From Oligoflexales bacterium (GTDB lineage: Bacteria; Bdellovibrionota_B; Oligoflexia; Oligoflexales; CAIYRB01): a DNA stretch of 64,000 nt. The notes under the pieces are model-generated. The model saw only the letters and a list, made by a program, of their open reading frames with translations, did not search any database and had not been told where the DNA came from. Both the position numbers and the translations under genes were made by a program. The stretch lies in contig JBGSUI010000014.1 in the NCBI GenBank assembly GCA_041736175.1, positions 76,017 through 140,016 on the forward strand. Direction: 5' to 3'. Position 1 is the first letter of the stretch. Each line of letters starts with the position of its first letter. Below are positions 10,151 through 19,871 of the stretch, piece by piece.

Positions 10151-11446
10151 TTAGGTACTAGCGACAATCCTAGGTAGTGCCAAAATGGTGTTAGTTCCAT
10201 CAGGAGCACCGATTTTTTCCTGGTGGTTGGAGACGCGCAACCATGTTCCTGCGAAACGATCTCCGACAAAAAAGAAATTGACGATATGCCCCGCGCCTAA
10301 CGTTTTCCATTCTCGCCCATCGGTCACTGGAATAGAGAGGGGTACCGGTTCAACACGATTTTGGACGGTCCAACTGCGCTGATCTTTAGCGGCGGACTCA
10401 AGATGAAGGGCCCATTCGTCATTGGAGCATTCAGATCCGAATTTTACCTGCTTCCCTTGGAAGCCAACCCCCGCTTTGCTGATCCAGAGGTCTTTGTCAC
10501 GAAGAATGTTTTCTGCGATCTCTTGCCCATCGTCAAGCTTGCGGGTGTCAGGGATAAGTCGCTGAATAAGCTCGTGCTCCTCTTCGCTCAGAACATCTGC
10601 CACGTCGCTGGATCTTAGCGATCTTAGCAGGGCCAGGTTGACTTTGTTGTCATTGAGAGCCGAGTTTAATCCTAGATCACCTTGCGCAATTAAGTCCGAA
10701 GGAATTTTTGCAAATATTTCCTGCAAATCCTGACGCTCGTTGAAAAAGTGGGCATAGGCGAAGGCACGAAACACATAGGCCCTCGGGTGGCGGGGCACGT
10801 TCAGAATGTCGTCGCCTAGAACGAGGGATACCTCCAATCCCTTTTTGCGCAATGATTCGATGACTTGGGTGCGCTCGTTTTCCAAATCCTGAGGGCGGTC
10901 TTTAAGGTCCCACCAAAAAACTTTAAGTCCTGATTGCTGTTTGTCGCTTAAATAGTTTGCGAACAAATCAAAGGTTTTTAGGACTTCGTCTAAACCACCT
11001 CGGCTCTCTTGCTGCCAGAATTGGCGGAGTTTGGGGTTTAGATTAAAAAAGCTCTTTGCATAGATCTCACCGTAAATGGCTAGTGCCCCGTTATCAATAT
11101 TCATCTCAATAACTTTGAGGCCATCCCGGGTGAGTATGCAGTCTGGTCGAAAAATGCTCGGCTGCCATGGAAGGGCGTCGTGCTGGGCGAATGTTAGAAA
11201 GTCTTTTGGCATCCCCTGCATTTGTAAAAATGCGCTTCGCGACAAGCCTAAACGCCGGGGAAGATCGCAGATTAGTATCTTTAATCGAAGCAAATCAGAG
11301 GCAGTCTTGTTGAGGCTTTGTTCATCGAATTCAATATCAGGGCAGGCAAAAAAAACAGGGCTCTCTCGCACCAGGTTAAATCGGTGCGCCCAGGTGGCGA
11401 CTGCGGCAGAAATTTCCTGCGGGCAGCCCGCTATGTTCCACTTCAT
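10151..11446 (-). CDS. Circularly permuted ATP-grasp / glutathionylspermidine synthase-like amide ligase
   Basis: RPDCILTRDGLKVIEMN (R-x-D...E-x-N), DNKVNLALL, WISKAGVGFQGKQV, WTVQ. Confidence 0.75.
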   Translation of the reverse strand: MKWNIAGCPQEISAAVATWAHRFNLVRESPVFFACPDIEFDEQSLNKTASDLLRLKILICDLPRRLGLSRSAFLQMQGMPKDFLTFAQHDALPWQPSIFRPDCILTRDGLKVIEMNIDNGALAIYGEIYAKSFFNLNPKLRQFWQQESRGGLDEVLKTFDLFANYLSDKQQSGLKVFWWDLKDRPQDLENERTQVIESLRKKGLEVSLVLGDDILNVPRHPRAYVFRAFAYAHFFNERQDLQEIFAKIPSDLIAQGDLGLNSALNDNKVNLALLRSLRSSDVADVLSEEEHELIQRLIPDTRKLDDGQEIAENILRDKDLWISKAGVGFQGKQVKFGSECSNDEWALHLESAAKDQRSWTVQNRVEPVPLSIPVTDGREWKTLGAGHIVNFFFVGDRFAGTWLRVSNHQEKIGAPDGTNTILALPRIVAST

Positions 11447-12699
11447 AATTCAACCTTTTTGGAGATTCTGACTTGAATCAAATGATGAACAATAAAGACC
11501 GTCGCTAGCCCTACCCCATTTGCTAGTACCAGCAGGGTACTTAAAAATTGAGACTTTGAGGCGAAGTGAAACGAGTCACTGATTGTCTGACTTGCTAAAA
11601 CTGCGCAGAGAAGTTGTGCGGCGGGCAAACAAATCCAGCTAAGGCCTCGGGCGGTTGCGAAGACTCTACCCCGATATTCCGCCCCCACGTTTTCCTGAAG
11701 CATCACTTTCGCCTTCAAATCGATGACACCAAGTAACATCCCTAACATGAAGTTAACCGCAAAGATGAACGACCTTTCGTCGAAAAGACCAATAACTATG
11801 TTAGCCACAGCGATCAGTGCCATCGGTACATGAAGTGTTTTAATCGCGCCCATTGCTTTTGGCCGGGTGCTCTGCAAGAAACCCATGGCAAGGGACCCAA
11901 ACGCTATCGCCGACAAGACGATTCCGGAGGTTTCTGATGAGTAACGCTCCAAAAAAAGGGGAGTTGAAAGATTCGTGCTTATACCAGCAAAGAAATTGGA
12001 CACGAAAAAAAGCGCAATAATTTGTAAAACCACGAAATTGCCACGAAGATATTCAAAACCTGCTTTTACCTCGCGAAAGTAACTGCCCGCCCTTGAATTT
12101 TGCCGCTTGCCAGCCCCAGACTTAAAGAACAAAAACACGACGATTGACGACAACAAAAAAGTCATACCGTCGAAAAGCAGAATGGCTTGAAGACTGACCC
12201 AAGACGAAAGAACTCCAGCCAATGACGGGGCAAGCAAGCCGGCAAATGAATTGGCAGTGGAGAAGTACCCGTTGTACCGTGATAAATCATCGCCGCTGAA
12301 TGCCGCCGGCAAAAAAGAATTCAACGCGATCCATTGAAGAGCCCCAATACCCGCGGTTACAAAAACAAGGGTATAGATGATCCACTGTTGACCACCGACC
12401 GTGCCTGAACCGTGCAAAAAAAGGCTCATCCCTGCGAGGATCGTCAGCAGACCTAAGGCAACGTCTCCGACGCCAAAAACAAATCGAAAATTAGATCGGT
12501 CGACGAGGGCTCCCCCAAAGAGAGAGCTCAAGATATTAGGCAAAAAACTCAGGAATAAAATTAGACTGTATGCAGACACATTCTGGGTCTGACGATAGAC
12601 CCAGAAGCCAATGGCAACGTGACTGATTCGGCTGCCCACCATCGATACAACCTGACCAAGAACAAACAGATTCATGGCCGCTTTTGGGACGGTTCTCAC
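11443..12699 (-). CDS. MFS efflux transporter (DHA3/Mef-like)
   Basis: About 12 hydrophobic segments; GQVVSMVGS, GALVDR, YRGRVF motifs. Confidence 0.9.
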   Translation of the reverse strand: MRTVPKAAMNLFVLGQVVSMVGSRISHVAIGFWVYRQTQNVSAYSLILFLSFLPNILSSLFGGALVDRSNFRFVFGVGDVALGLLTILAGMSLFLHGSGTVGGQQWIIYTLVFVTAGIGALQWIALNSFLPAAFSGDDLSRYNGYFSTANSFAGLLAPSLAGVLSSWVSLQAILLFDGMTFLLSSIVVFLFFKSGAGKRQNSRAGSYFREVKAGFEYLRGNFVVLQIIALFFVSNFFAGISTNLSTPLFLERYSSETSGIVLSAIAFGSLAMGFLQSTRPKAMGAIKTLHVPMALIAVANIVIGLFDERSFIFAVNFMLGMLLGVIDLKAKVMLQENVGAEYRGRVFATARGLSWICLPAAQLLCAVLASQTISDSFHFASKSQFLSTLLVLANGVGLATVFIVHHLIQVRISKKVEL

Positions 12700-12926
12700 A
12701 GGAGGGCCTCGACACTTTGAGTGATTTTCGCAATCGAGCGAAGTCGGTCCCTTGCCAGTGCTTCTGGGGGGAGTTCGACGCCAAATTCGCCTTCGATATC
12801 GACGACCAACTCCATCATCATAAGGGAGTCAAAGCCGTTGCCATAGAGGTCGGTATCGAATTCAATGACATGATTGACGCGTTTTTTCACGAGACCCAGG
12901 ATTCTTTCAGAAACGTTAGGCATCAC
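12696..12926 (-). CDS. Acyl/peptidyl carrier protein
   Basis: GFDSLMMMELVVDIEGEFGV phosphopantetheine motif; AAAGGA SD before GTG 12926/ATG 12923 (track start 13091 is too far upstream). Confidence 0.9.
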   Translation of the reverse strand: MMPNVSERILGLVKKRVNHVIEFDTDLYGNGFDSLMMMELVVDIEGEFGVELPPEALARDRLRSIAKITQSVEALL

Positions 12927-13965
12927 ATTGTTCCTTTCTGACGCATGCCACGGCATATGCGGCTCGTTCGAGTCCGATTCCAATACAGGCTGAATGTCTG
13001 TTGTGCCCCTCTGGGAGGAAGCCACTCGTAAAATGATCTTGATGGTCGTTAAATGAAGCGATGGACATGGCAACGTCATCGATCTGGACAATCAGCTCCA
13101 GCTTGGATTGGTTTATGAGTTGGAGAATGGCCAACTTGGTGTCGGCAGGCTCGAAAAAAACATCATTGGCGGTCATGATCTCGATCGGCAAATTGAAGTG
13201 CTGGGAAAAAATCTCTGCGAAAGCGAGGAAAAATTCTTTGAACCCTAGTAACTCCTTGCCGTCGCCGACCCAAATAACTTCGCGCACCTGAAAATGTCGC
13301 AACCTCTGCGATGGGTGCCGCTGGGGAGGATGAGGTGCAAATTGGCCGGCTTCATTGCGGTGGGCAAACCCCCGACTGACGAAATATGCTTGCTTACCAT
13401 TTGGCTCCACAAATCTAGCTAATTGAGGATACAAGCCAAGGCACACTGCGGGAGAAAGGCAAAAAGAGTCCGTCGCTTTTGGCTTGACCAGAAGTTCGGC
13501 AACTTGCTTCTCGTCACGGGGCAAATACCCCATTTTAACCAAGTCCGATCGCAAAACGATCTGGGGCAAAACGAGGCTTTTTGGTTCGAATGAAGCGAAA
13601 TGTTGGAGGCAAAATTGATCTATCTCTTCGATGATGTTTGACATCTCGCCATATTCACCGATCACACCCGGGACAGCGGACATGGAAAAACCATCGATCA
13701 TGCAGCCCTTGAGGCTCCTCATGGTAAGGGCATGTTCCTGGGGAATTTTTTTCGCTTGAGCCCGGCGAGCAAAATTTTTAACCTGACCTTGGAAACTGTT
13801 TACATGCTCAATCATGGGCTGAGTCAATGTCTCGGAGACCAGAAATAGCTGGCCAGCCTCTTCCTTCAGTTCAACGTCGACGCCGAATCCCGCCAAAAGT
13901 TGGCTTTGCAGCAATTGAGCTAGTTTGGGGTTAGAAAACTGAATTTCAATTTTGGGCATAATCAA
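12916..13965 (-). CDS. Amino acid:[carrier protein] ligase (class II aaRS, atypical SerRS-like)
   Basis: LSPAVC, HRNE...RLRHFQVRE (motif 2), ANDVFF, SFNDHQDHF, HSACIGIGLER (motif 3); no long SerRS tRNA-binding arm; adjacent to a carrier protein. Confidence 0.85.
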   Translation of the reverse strand: MIMPKIEIQFSNPKLAQLLQSQLLAGFGVDVELKEEAGQLFLVSETLTQPMIEHVNSFQGQVKNFARRAQAKKIPQEHALTMRSLKGCMIDGFSMSAVPGVIGEYGEMSNIIEEIDQFCLQHFASFEPKSLVLPQIVLRSDLVKMGYLPRDEKQVAELLVKPKATDSFCLSPAVCLGLYPQLARFVEPNGKQAYFVSRGFAHRNEAGQFAPHPPQRHPSQRLRHFQVREVIWVGDGKELLGFKEFFLAFAEIFSQHFNLPIEIMTANDVFFEPADTKLAILQLINQSKLELIVQIDDVAMSIASFNDHQDHFTSGFLPEGHNRHSACIGIGLERAAYAVACVRKEQCDA

Positions 13966-15991
13966 ACCTCAAGTTCGATTCCACTTCTTTGACGAAATCA
14001 AAAAAGTCCTCTTCCGATTTTTGGTACGTGAGGATTTCAACCGGGTAGTCAAAACCTCTTGGAGGCGGCGTATAATAGTCTCCAGGATTTTTCGTCCAAA
14101 CCGATTGCAAGTGGGCAGGATGGGCCTCTATAAACTGCCTTCCGTGGATCTCACGGATGAGTCCATGCCCCTGGATTCGCGGAACCAAATCCGCAAAAAC
14201 CCCTGGTTGCCACTCGGGCACAAACTGTGCCTTAGGATCGAGGAATGGATAGCCACAGCTTTTAAATGCCAACCAAGTCAAAAACCCGCCCCCTCCCATT
14301 CTAAAGTTAACCTCAATAATGCCGAGCCTATGCGTCTGATCATCAAAGCGAAACTCTATGTGTAAATAGGGTGCTTCTGTCCCCAAGGTTTTGCACAATT
14401 TTAAAAGGTGGGATCGAAATCGATCCCAAAGCATTTTTTGCTTATCGCCATTCAAGATATAGGTGTGGTCGAGAAGGAAGGATTGATGGGTCGCGGCCTT
14501 TTCAAAAATACCGATAACCTCATAGTGACCATTGATGTTTACCACTTCCGCGGCGTATTCGGATCCACTTAGCTCTTCTTCTGCCAAGATTTTAACCGTT
14601 TCATTCGCAGGAAAGAAAATTCGATGAAATCGCTTTATGTCATTGAAAGCTTGGTGCGCTTGTGAATGATCTGTGATCCGATATACCTGACAGCTTCCCC
14701 AACCCGACGACGTTTTCATGACGAATGGAAAAGTCCAGTTCTTGAGCGACTCAACAATCTCTACAGCCTGAAACTTAATCTCAAATTCGCTGCCTTTCAG
14801 GCACTCTCGGACCTTCTGCTTGTTCATGTAGCCTGATTGGGGATCAGACATGGCCGATGCGTCGTCGAGATGCAGAATCGACGCCGTTGAATACTGTGAG
14901 GCAACATGGACTCCACATGTATCTAGGAGATCTTTGAGCACTTTTGATTGGGGGCTAATGCCCCGAACACGGTACTCCCTTTTCTTTTGAACATAGCGAG
15001 TGAAAAAAAGGTCCTCAATGTGAACTGTCAGATGTAAAAGCGAGAGAAAAATATCTTTAAATTGAGGGATGATTTTCGCCTGGCCTGTTAAACCAAATTT
15101 CTGGCTAAGAGCTACGACAATGTCGGTCAATTCATTCGTCTGTTGCAATAACGTCTGTATATCAGGGTCAAATATATTCTTTGCGTGCAGATAGTGCTTA
15201 ACAAAAACCAAGAATGGTTTGTAGTGAAATTGGACTGGCCAAAAGAACTTAACGAGCAAAACACTTTTGTATCCGTTGCGAACCTTCTCCGCAAGGTCGT
15301 CAGAGTCAAGCTGCCAAGATTCCACTTCTTGAATCAATAATTCCGTGCCAGCGGCCTGGCCGTCGAATCGCTGACTACTTATTTTTTTCGCGACCTCTTC
15401 AATCTTGGTGTCGATTTTTTCCAGCCCAATGAATTCTTCAGGCTCTAGGGTCGCTAATTTTTTTATGCTTGAAAAAAAACGCAAAATCTGCAGATCCAAA
15501 ACTTGGTTCACCTGATGGAGTTTCGAGAAAAAATAATCGAAATCGGTGGTTTTACGTACGAAGAAATCATCTCCGCGGAGTGAGGTCAGTTTAATCTGGC
15601 GACTGGATTCATCAAATATAGGCTCAACGACCCAGGTCGAAAGCAAGGTCTCGCCGGAAAGTTCGTTGGAATAGGTCATAAGAAAGACGCTCTGGGGGTC
15701 TTCTCCCCATAAGGCTTGCATTTTGATCCAAAGCTCATCGGAATTTTGCGCCTTAAGCTCTGCTTCCTGCAACACGTTATGGTCTTCGAGGAATCGCGCA
15801 AATTGGTTCTCCATTCCGACGACTCTACCGTTTTTTTTCTCGACTAGAATCCGATCATACAAAAGAAGCGGCAAGTGATGAATGCCGTGTTCAAAGTGCA
15901 AAAAAATCGAAGCGGGTCTCTCGTAGCAAATGAGCTCGCGATAGTCCTGATAGGCCGGGTCAGTCAGGAGATTGTGCCTAATCATGGTCAC
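13946..15991 (-). CDS. Unknown N-terminal domain fused to an ATP-grasp (L-amino acid ligase-like) domain
   Basis: C-half: FPFVMKTSSGWGS, AEEELSGSEY, HIEFR, IIEVNFRMGGG. Confidence 0.8.
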   Translation of the reverse strand: MTMIRHNLLTDPAYQDYRELICYERPASIFLHFEHGIHHLPLLLYDRILVEKKNGRVVGMENQFARFLEDHNVLQEAELKAQNSDELWIKMQALWGEDPQSVFLMTYSNELSGETLLSTWVVEPIFDESSRQIKLTSLRGDDFFVRKTTDFDYFFSKLHQVNQVLDLQILRFFSSIKKLATLEPEEFIGLEKIDTKIEEVAKKISSQRFDGQAAGTELLIQEVESWQLDSDDLAEKVRNGYKSVLLVKFFWPVQFHYKPFLVFVKHYLHAKNIFDPDIQTLLQQTNELTDIVVALSQKFGLTGQAKIIPQFKDIFLSLLHLTVHIEDLFFTRYVQKKREYRVRGISPQSKVLKDLLDTCGVHVASQYSTASILHLDDASAMSDPQSGYMNKQKVRECLKGSEFEIKFQAVEIVESLKNWTFPFVMKTSSGWGSCQVYRITDHSQAHQAFNDIKRFHRIFFPANETVKILAEEELSGSEYAAEVVNINGHYEVIGIFEKAATHQSFLLDHTYILNGDKQKMLWDRFRSHLLKLCKTLGTEAPYLHIEFRFDDQTHRLGIIEVNFRMGGGGFLTWLAFKSCGYPFLDPKAQFVPEWQPGVFADLVPRIQGHGLIREIHGRQFIEAHPAHLQSVWTKNPGDYYTPPPRGFDYPVEILTYQKSEEDFFDFVKEVESNLRFDYAQN

Positions 15992-16862
15992 CCCCTAAAA
16001 CTATATCTGATGTTTGTTTAAGTGATTTCAAATGGTCCTCTGCAAGGGCATTGCAGCTCAGAATCTTAAATAAAAGGTCATGTGCCATGCGCAAACTATC
16101 AGTGGTCGATAAGCTGTGCTTTTGCAGTAAATTTAGCAGGCTAAGTCTAAGCTGCAAGATTTCATCTGGAAATTTAATCGACTCTAAAAAGTGATACCAA
16201 CCAAAGTCAAGCAAATGGGGTTCCCAGGTTAACCGCATCAATTTACGCAAACAGGTAGCAAGCATGTATGTTTCGGAGGCATTCAGAAAAAACTGCTGTC
16301 TTTTGATTCTTTTTTTAATGAGAAAACTAAGGACTATAATTTCATCGCCGAGAGCCATAATGCTTTCCCGAGACTGTTTTTTATCCTCAATGTACTTACT
16401 GACTTCTTCCGCCATATTTTGGTTGTTCAATGACGCGGGCTTAGCGTCCTGGCTAAAGACCAAAGTGGCTTTTGGTATCCGACGGATGGAATCGACCTGA
16501 GACAAGGGGAGTAAATACAGATCCAATTGATAGATTTTGTTTTCGAATGAAACCAAATAGACATAACCTAGACCACCAAAATTTGGCACGATCTTATCAA
16601 GCCACCCCGGACGAATGACGCTAAAATGTTGCTCTATGATCGCATCGAGGGAATCGACAGTTAAGATGTAGCTGTCGTCATTGATCATCAAAACTAAATC
16701 GACGTCTGAACTGCGGTCATAGGAATTAGATGCAATAGAGCCTCTAATATAAGCTGAGTGCAAATAGGACTGACTGGAAAATATGCCAAGTAGTTCGTCC
16801 AGGATGACGAAGTGAGCTGGGGGCGACTCCATCAGCACATCAATAAGTCTTCCATGTTTCAT
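15978..16862 (-). CDS. Pol-beta superfamily nucleotidyltransferase (LinB/ANT-like architecture)
   Basis: RGSIASNSYDRSSDVDL (GS...DxD), later LDL, helical C-domain. Confidence 0.8.
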   Translation of the reverse strand: MKHGRLIDVLMESPPAHFVILDELLGIFSSQSYLHSAYIRGSIASNSYDRSSDVDLVLMINDDSYILTVDSLDAIIEQHFSVIRPGWLDKIVPNFGGLGYVYLVSFENKIYQLDLYLLPLSQVDSIRRIPKATLVFSQDAKPASLNNQNMAEEVSKYIEDKKQSRESIMALGDEIIVLSFLIKKRIKRQQFFLNASETYMLATCLRKLMRLTWEPHLLDFGWYHFLESIKFPDEILQLRLSLLNLLQKHSLSTTDSLRMAHDLLFKILSCNALAEDHLKSLKQTSDIVLGGDHD

Positions 16863-17722
16863 TCTTTAACCCCTTTGCCAATATAAAGCTCCCTCTTCGC
16901 GCTCCAGTGCTGGCTAAGGGAGGGGTCTCCACTAAAGTACTCCGTCAATAGGTCATAGGAGCTTTTGCCACCTAAGTCATACAAATGAAAACTCTTGAGG
17001 AACTGGTCGACCACGGCACGTGAATGCCCAAGTCGCAGTAACTTATCGCGGTCAGCATCGCGCAATACAGGTGGATCTTTCTCGAACAAAACTTCACTAT
17101 CCAGCCATTCATTTTTTATAAGATTCTCGAGTTGCTCGTCGATATAACAATCAAAAAGCAAGTGAATTCTCTCTTTCACGCCCACATTTGCCGCACCGTG
17201 ACGATGAGTCGGGTCCAGCTTCCAGAGGAAACCTCTCTTTAAATGCACATTAAATTCGGGAAAAGAAAAAAAGGCTCCGGAGTCGCTGACCAAAGGAAGG
17301 TGCAAGCGTACCCGTCGGGAGTTATTTAGTTCCCTGTAATCAACGTGCTCCCAAAGGTAAGAGTTCGACCCGAGTTTAGCGATCCTTAGCCACATGACGT
17401 TGAGGTTCAAACCTTCGACAAATTTTCTGGTTGTGGGCAGAAAATCTAAGATCTCCGTAGCCCGACCGGTACCGTCGTAGATTTCGTTTTGCGACATATC
17501 TCCACAAGGATTCATCAAGGTTACAGTTTTCCAGTTACCCGATTGGTATTCCCCATATGAGCTTTTCCATGGAAGGAGGTCAGAATGAAATTCAATTTCT
17601 CCAGTCATCTTGATGAGATCGGTTTCCGGGATACAAGCCAGCTGCGAAACACTCTTTTTAAGACGATCTTTTTTTTCCGTTTGAAGAGCGGAACTTTGAG
17701 GTCCGCCATTAGATGATGTCAT
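16859..17722 (-). CDS. Fe(II)/2OG oxygenase, AspH / L-proline hydroxylase-like
   Basis: EYQSGNWKTVTLMN, WEHVDY (HxD), RLHLPL, HGAAN...RIHLLFD. Confidence 0.85.
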   Translation of the reverse strand: MTSSNGGPQSSALQTEKKDRLKKSVSQLACIPETDLIKMTGEIEFHSDLLPWKSSYGEYQSGNWKTVTLMNPCGDMSQNEIYDGTGRATEILDFLPTTRKFVEGLNLNVMWLRIAKLGSNSYLWEHVDYRELNNSRRVRLHLPLVSDSGAFFSFPEFNVHLKRGFLWKLDPTHRHGAANVGVKERIHLLFDCYIDEQLENLIKNEWLDSEVLFEKDPPVLRDADRDKLLRLGHSRAVVDQFLKSFHLYDLGGKSSYDLLTEYFSGDPSLSQHWSAKRELYIGKGVKE

Positions 17723-17852
17723 TGATGGCTCCCATTTGTTCGTCGGCCTGTGAATCGAGTAAGTTACGAGAGTCTAGTCGATTCGGCTGGTGACATTTGG
17801 GGCGGCAGATTAAAAAATTGACTGTCTCGCAAGTCGAAGGTCTTTGTATCAA
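17709..17852 (-). CDS. Candidate 47-aa small protein/peptide (not in ORF track)
   Basis: AAAGGAGA SD, 8-nt spacer, TTG start; MIQRPSTCETVNFLICRPKCHQPNRLDSRNLLDSQADEQMGAINDII; overlaps the next start. Confidence 0.35.
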   Translation of the reverse strand: MIQRPSTCETVNFLICRPKCHQPNRLDSRNLLDSQADEQMGAINDII

Positions 17853-17931
17853 GAAGTATGTCTCCTTTCAATGTGGAATGAGCTGGGTTTAGAAGCAGAT
17901 AGCCGCAACGGACGTTGACCAGGGGTGTAAG

Positions 17932-19362
17932 TCAATCCGAAGGATTGCGGGGGTTAATTTCTTCCCGATCGAGAGGATGGCCGATAAGCGGCACCTGGAC
18001 GGAGCCCCCGCTGCCGACATTGGTCACTAACGATTTCGAAGTCCGGGTAAAGGCTCCGCAGGGCTGCCCCCTCAATAGAAAATATGCATGCGAGGTATAA
18101 AGGGGCTGTCCACCCGAGAGGCAATGCTCCGGTGACTCGAACCGCTGGACAACGTAGTTTTCTGACCCGACCCGCCGAGCCCCTTCGAGTGCTTTTCTCC
18201 ATTCAAGTGCGGAGATTGAACTCCCTATGACCACGCTGCGACCGCGTGTATCCAGGGATTTCTTTAGCACCCACTTATCCTTATAGTCGGATATATTACC
18301 AAATTCCGTAGGGCTTAATTGATGCAGCATTTTCGTCACAGGAACAATTTCCTCGATCAATGACCGCTCAGACTGGTCAAGAATGGGGCTGGCAAGCTTT
18401 GATTGCAGAAATGCGAGGGTGCTTTTATTGTCTATTAGAAAAGAGCTGCAGAACGGATTGATATAGGGTACCCCCGCTCGGATTCCCGCTAGCAGGGCCT
18501 CAATATCCGTCCGGCTCCTCGTAATCGGGCACTCAAAATCAGTGCCCGGGGTGATATCGATTTTAGCGAACAGAGCATCCACCTTCCTCCCGTTAGCTAA
18601 CAGGGTGCCACCCGCAAGTTGCAGATCCTCGACAAAGGAGCGAACTACATCCAGGCCAATTTCGCCCGCCTCGCGCTCCATAACCATTAATTCGTTGACC
18701 ATCGTGTTTATCCGGCTGTTGACAATTCCCAAGGTCGGTCGTGCATGGCCACATTTTGCGCTGACAAAGTCCCTAATTCCCTTCATAAAAAGCGGCTCAC
18801 GTTGTGCAAGAAAAGGCTCCATGGCGAAAGGCACTTGGGACTTTATCTGAGCAAAAAGCTCCGTCGATGTTAATGCCTGAAAAAAGTACGGCGAAAATGA
18901 CAATGCGGCAGGGGCTGCGGCGTTGAGTTCGTATATGCGCGGTGATCCAGATGGCGTTAGCGAAAAATCATAACGACACAAAAAAACGTTTGGGTCAACA
19001 TTGCAATTTATACGGACGAACTCATCCATCATGGGCGGCAGCCGAAAAAAGGCTCTCACCGCCGCTGAAGCCAAATATAAAGCGGGAATTCGTTCGATTA
19101 TTTTATGCAACCTGGCAAATTTACCTTCGAGATCGGTCTTAAGATTTTCACTGAAGACGAACGGAAGGTGCATCAGGGACAACGAGCGAGTCTCAAACAA
19201 GACTCCCGCCCTACTCAACGCGTCATTGATTACCCCATCCGTCCTGTCCTTTGTAATGGCATCGACGAAACCCCAGCCGAACGCATCATCCGCTAGGTTT
19301 ATCCGACCAGAGCGCCGGAGTTTCTCCAGCATTGCCGAATGGGCCAGGTTGTTAAGCATCAT
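17932..19362 (-). CDS. Circularly permuted ATP-grasp / glutathionylspermidine synthase-like amide ligase
   Basis: RYDFSLTPSGSPRIYELNAAAP, INPF...DNKSTLAFL, WVLKKSLDTRGRSV, YVVQ, TNVGSGG. Confidence 0.8.
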   Translation of the reverse strand: MMLNNLAHSAMLEKLRRSGRINLADDAFGWGFVDAITKDRTDGVINDALSRAGVLFETRSLSLMHLPFVFSENLKTDLEGKFARLHKIIERIPALYLASAAVRAFFRLPPMMDEFVRINCNVDPNVFLCRYDFSLTPSGSPRIYELNAAAPAALSFSPYFFQALTSTELFAQIKSQVPFAMEPFLAQREPLFMKGIRDFVSAKCGHARPTLGIVNSRINTMVNELMVMEREAGEIGLDVVRSFVEDLQLAGGTLLANGRKVDALFAKIDITPGTDFECPITRSRTDIEALLAGIRAGVPYINPFCSSFLIDNKSTLAFLQSKLASPILDQSERSLIEEIVPVTKMLHQLSPTEFGNISDYKDKWVLKKSLDTRGRSVVIGSSISALEWRKALEGARRVGSENYVVQRFESPEHCLSGGQPLYTSHAYFLLRGQPCGAFTRTSKSLVTNVGSGGSVQVPLIGHPLDREEINPRNPSD

Positions 19363-19871
19363 ATCCCCATAAATAAGCTAGTTTAAGTCGGCTAGTGCTG
19401 CCCTTAGAAATATCTCCACCGCCAACTGCGGCCGGTTTGAGAGTCCTTGCGCGCCGAGACTTGAGGGTGAATCCCTCGGTTTGCATCATGCAAATTTCAA
19501 GCCATTTTATCAAAAATGCATAAACATCATTCATACTGGTCATTTAGGTGTCCACATCAAAGGCGAGCTTCGAGGACTTCTGAGTATCATCGGGGTAAAA
19601 AGTTACAAGATGATACCGGTGGCCGGCAGATTTTTATTGAGGTTTTCGACTTCAAACGGATTGAAGTCCGCACACTCCAGCCATTCTGGCCGTCGAGGTT
19701 AGGCACCTAGTCTCTTACAACATCTAACCTATTGCTTTCACTGAGAAAACTTTAATTTCTTAATTAATTCGCGAAACCAGGACAAAGGCCGAAACGTTAT
19801 ACAGCTGAAAATGTTGCGCTTTCAGCCGCCGGTCCGACCTTGCCGCCGCTCCTGTTGTTGTGCTATTTTTC

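Noticed and set aside
12927..13091. N-terminal extension of the carrier protein in the ORF track
   Set aside because: It overlaps the ligase gene; the SD and domain boundary indicate a start at 12926/12923.
19352..19710. Short ORFs upstream of the biosynthetic operon as regulator or precursor
   Set aside because: Three overlapping short ORFs without convincing SD or motif; cannot support any of them.
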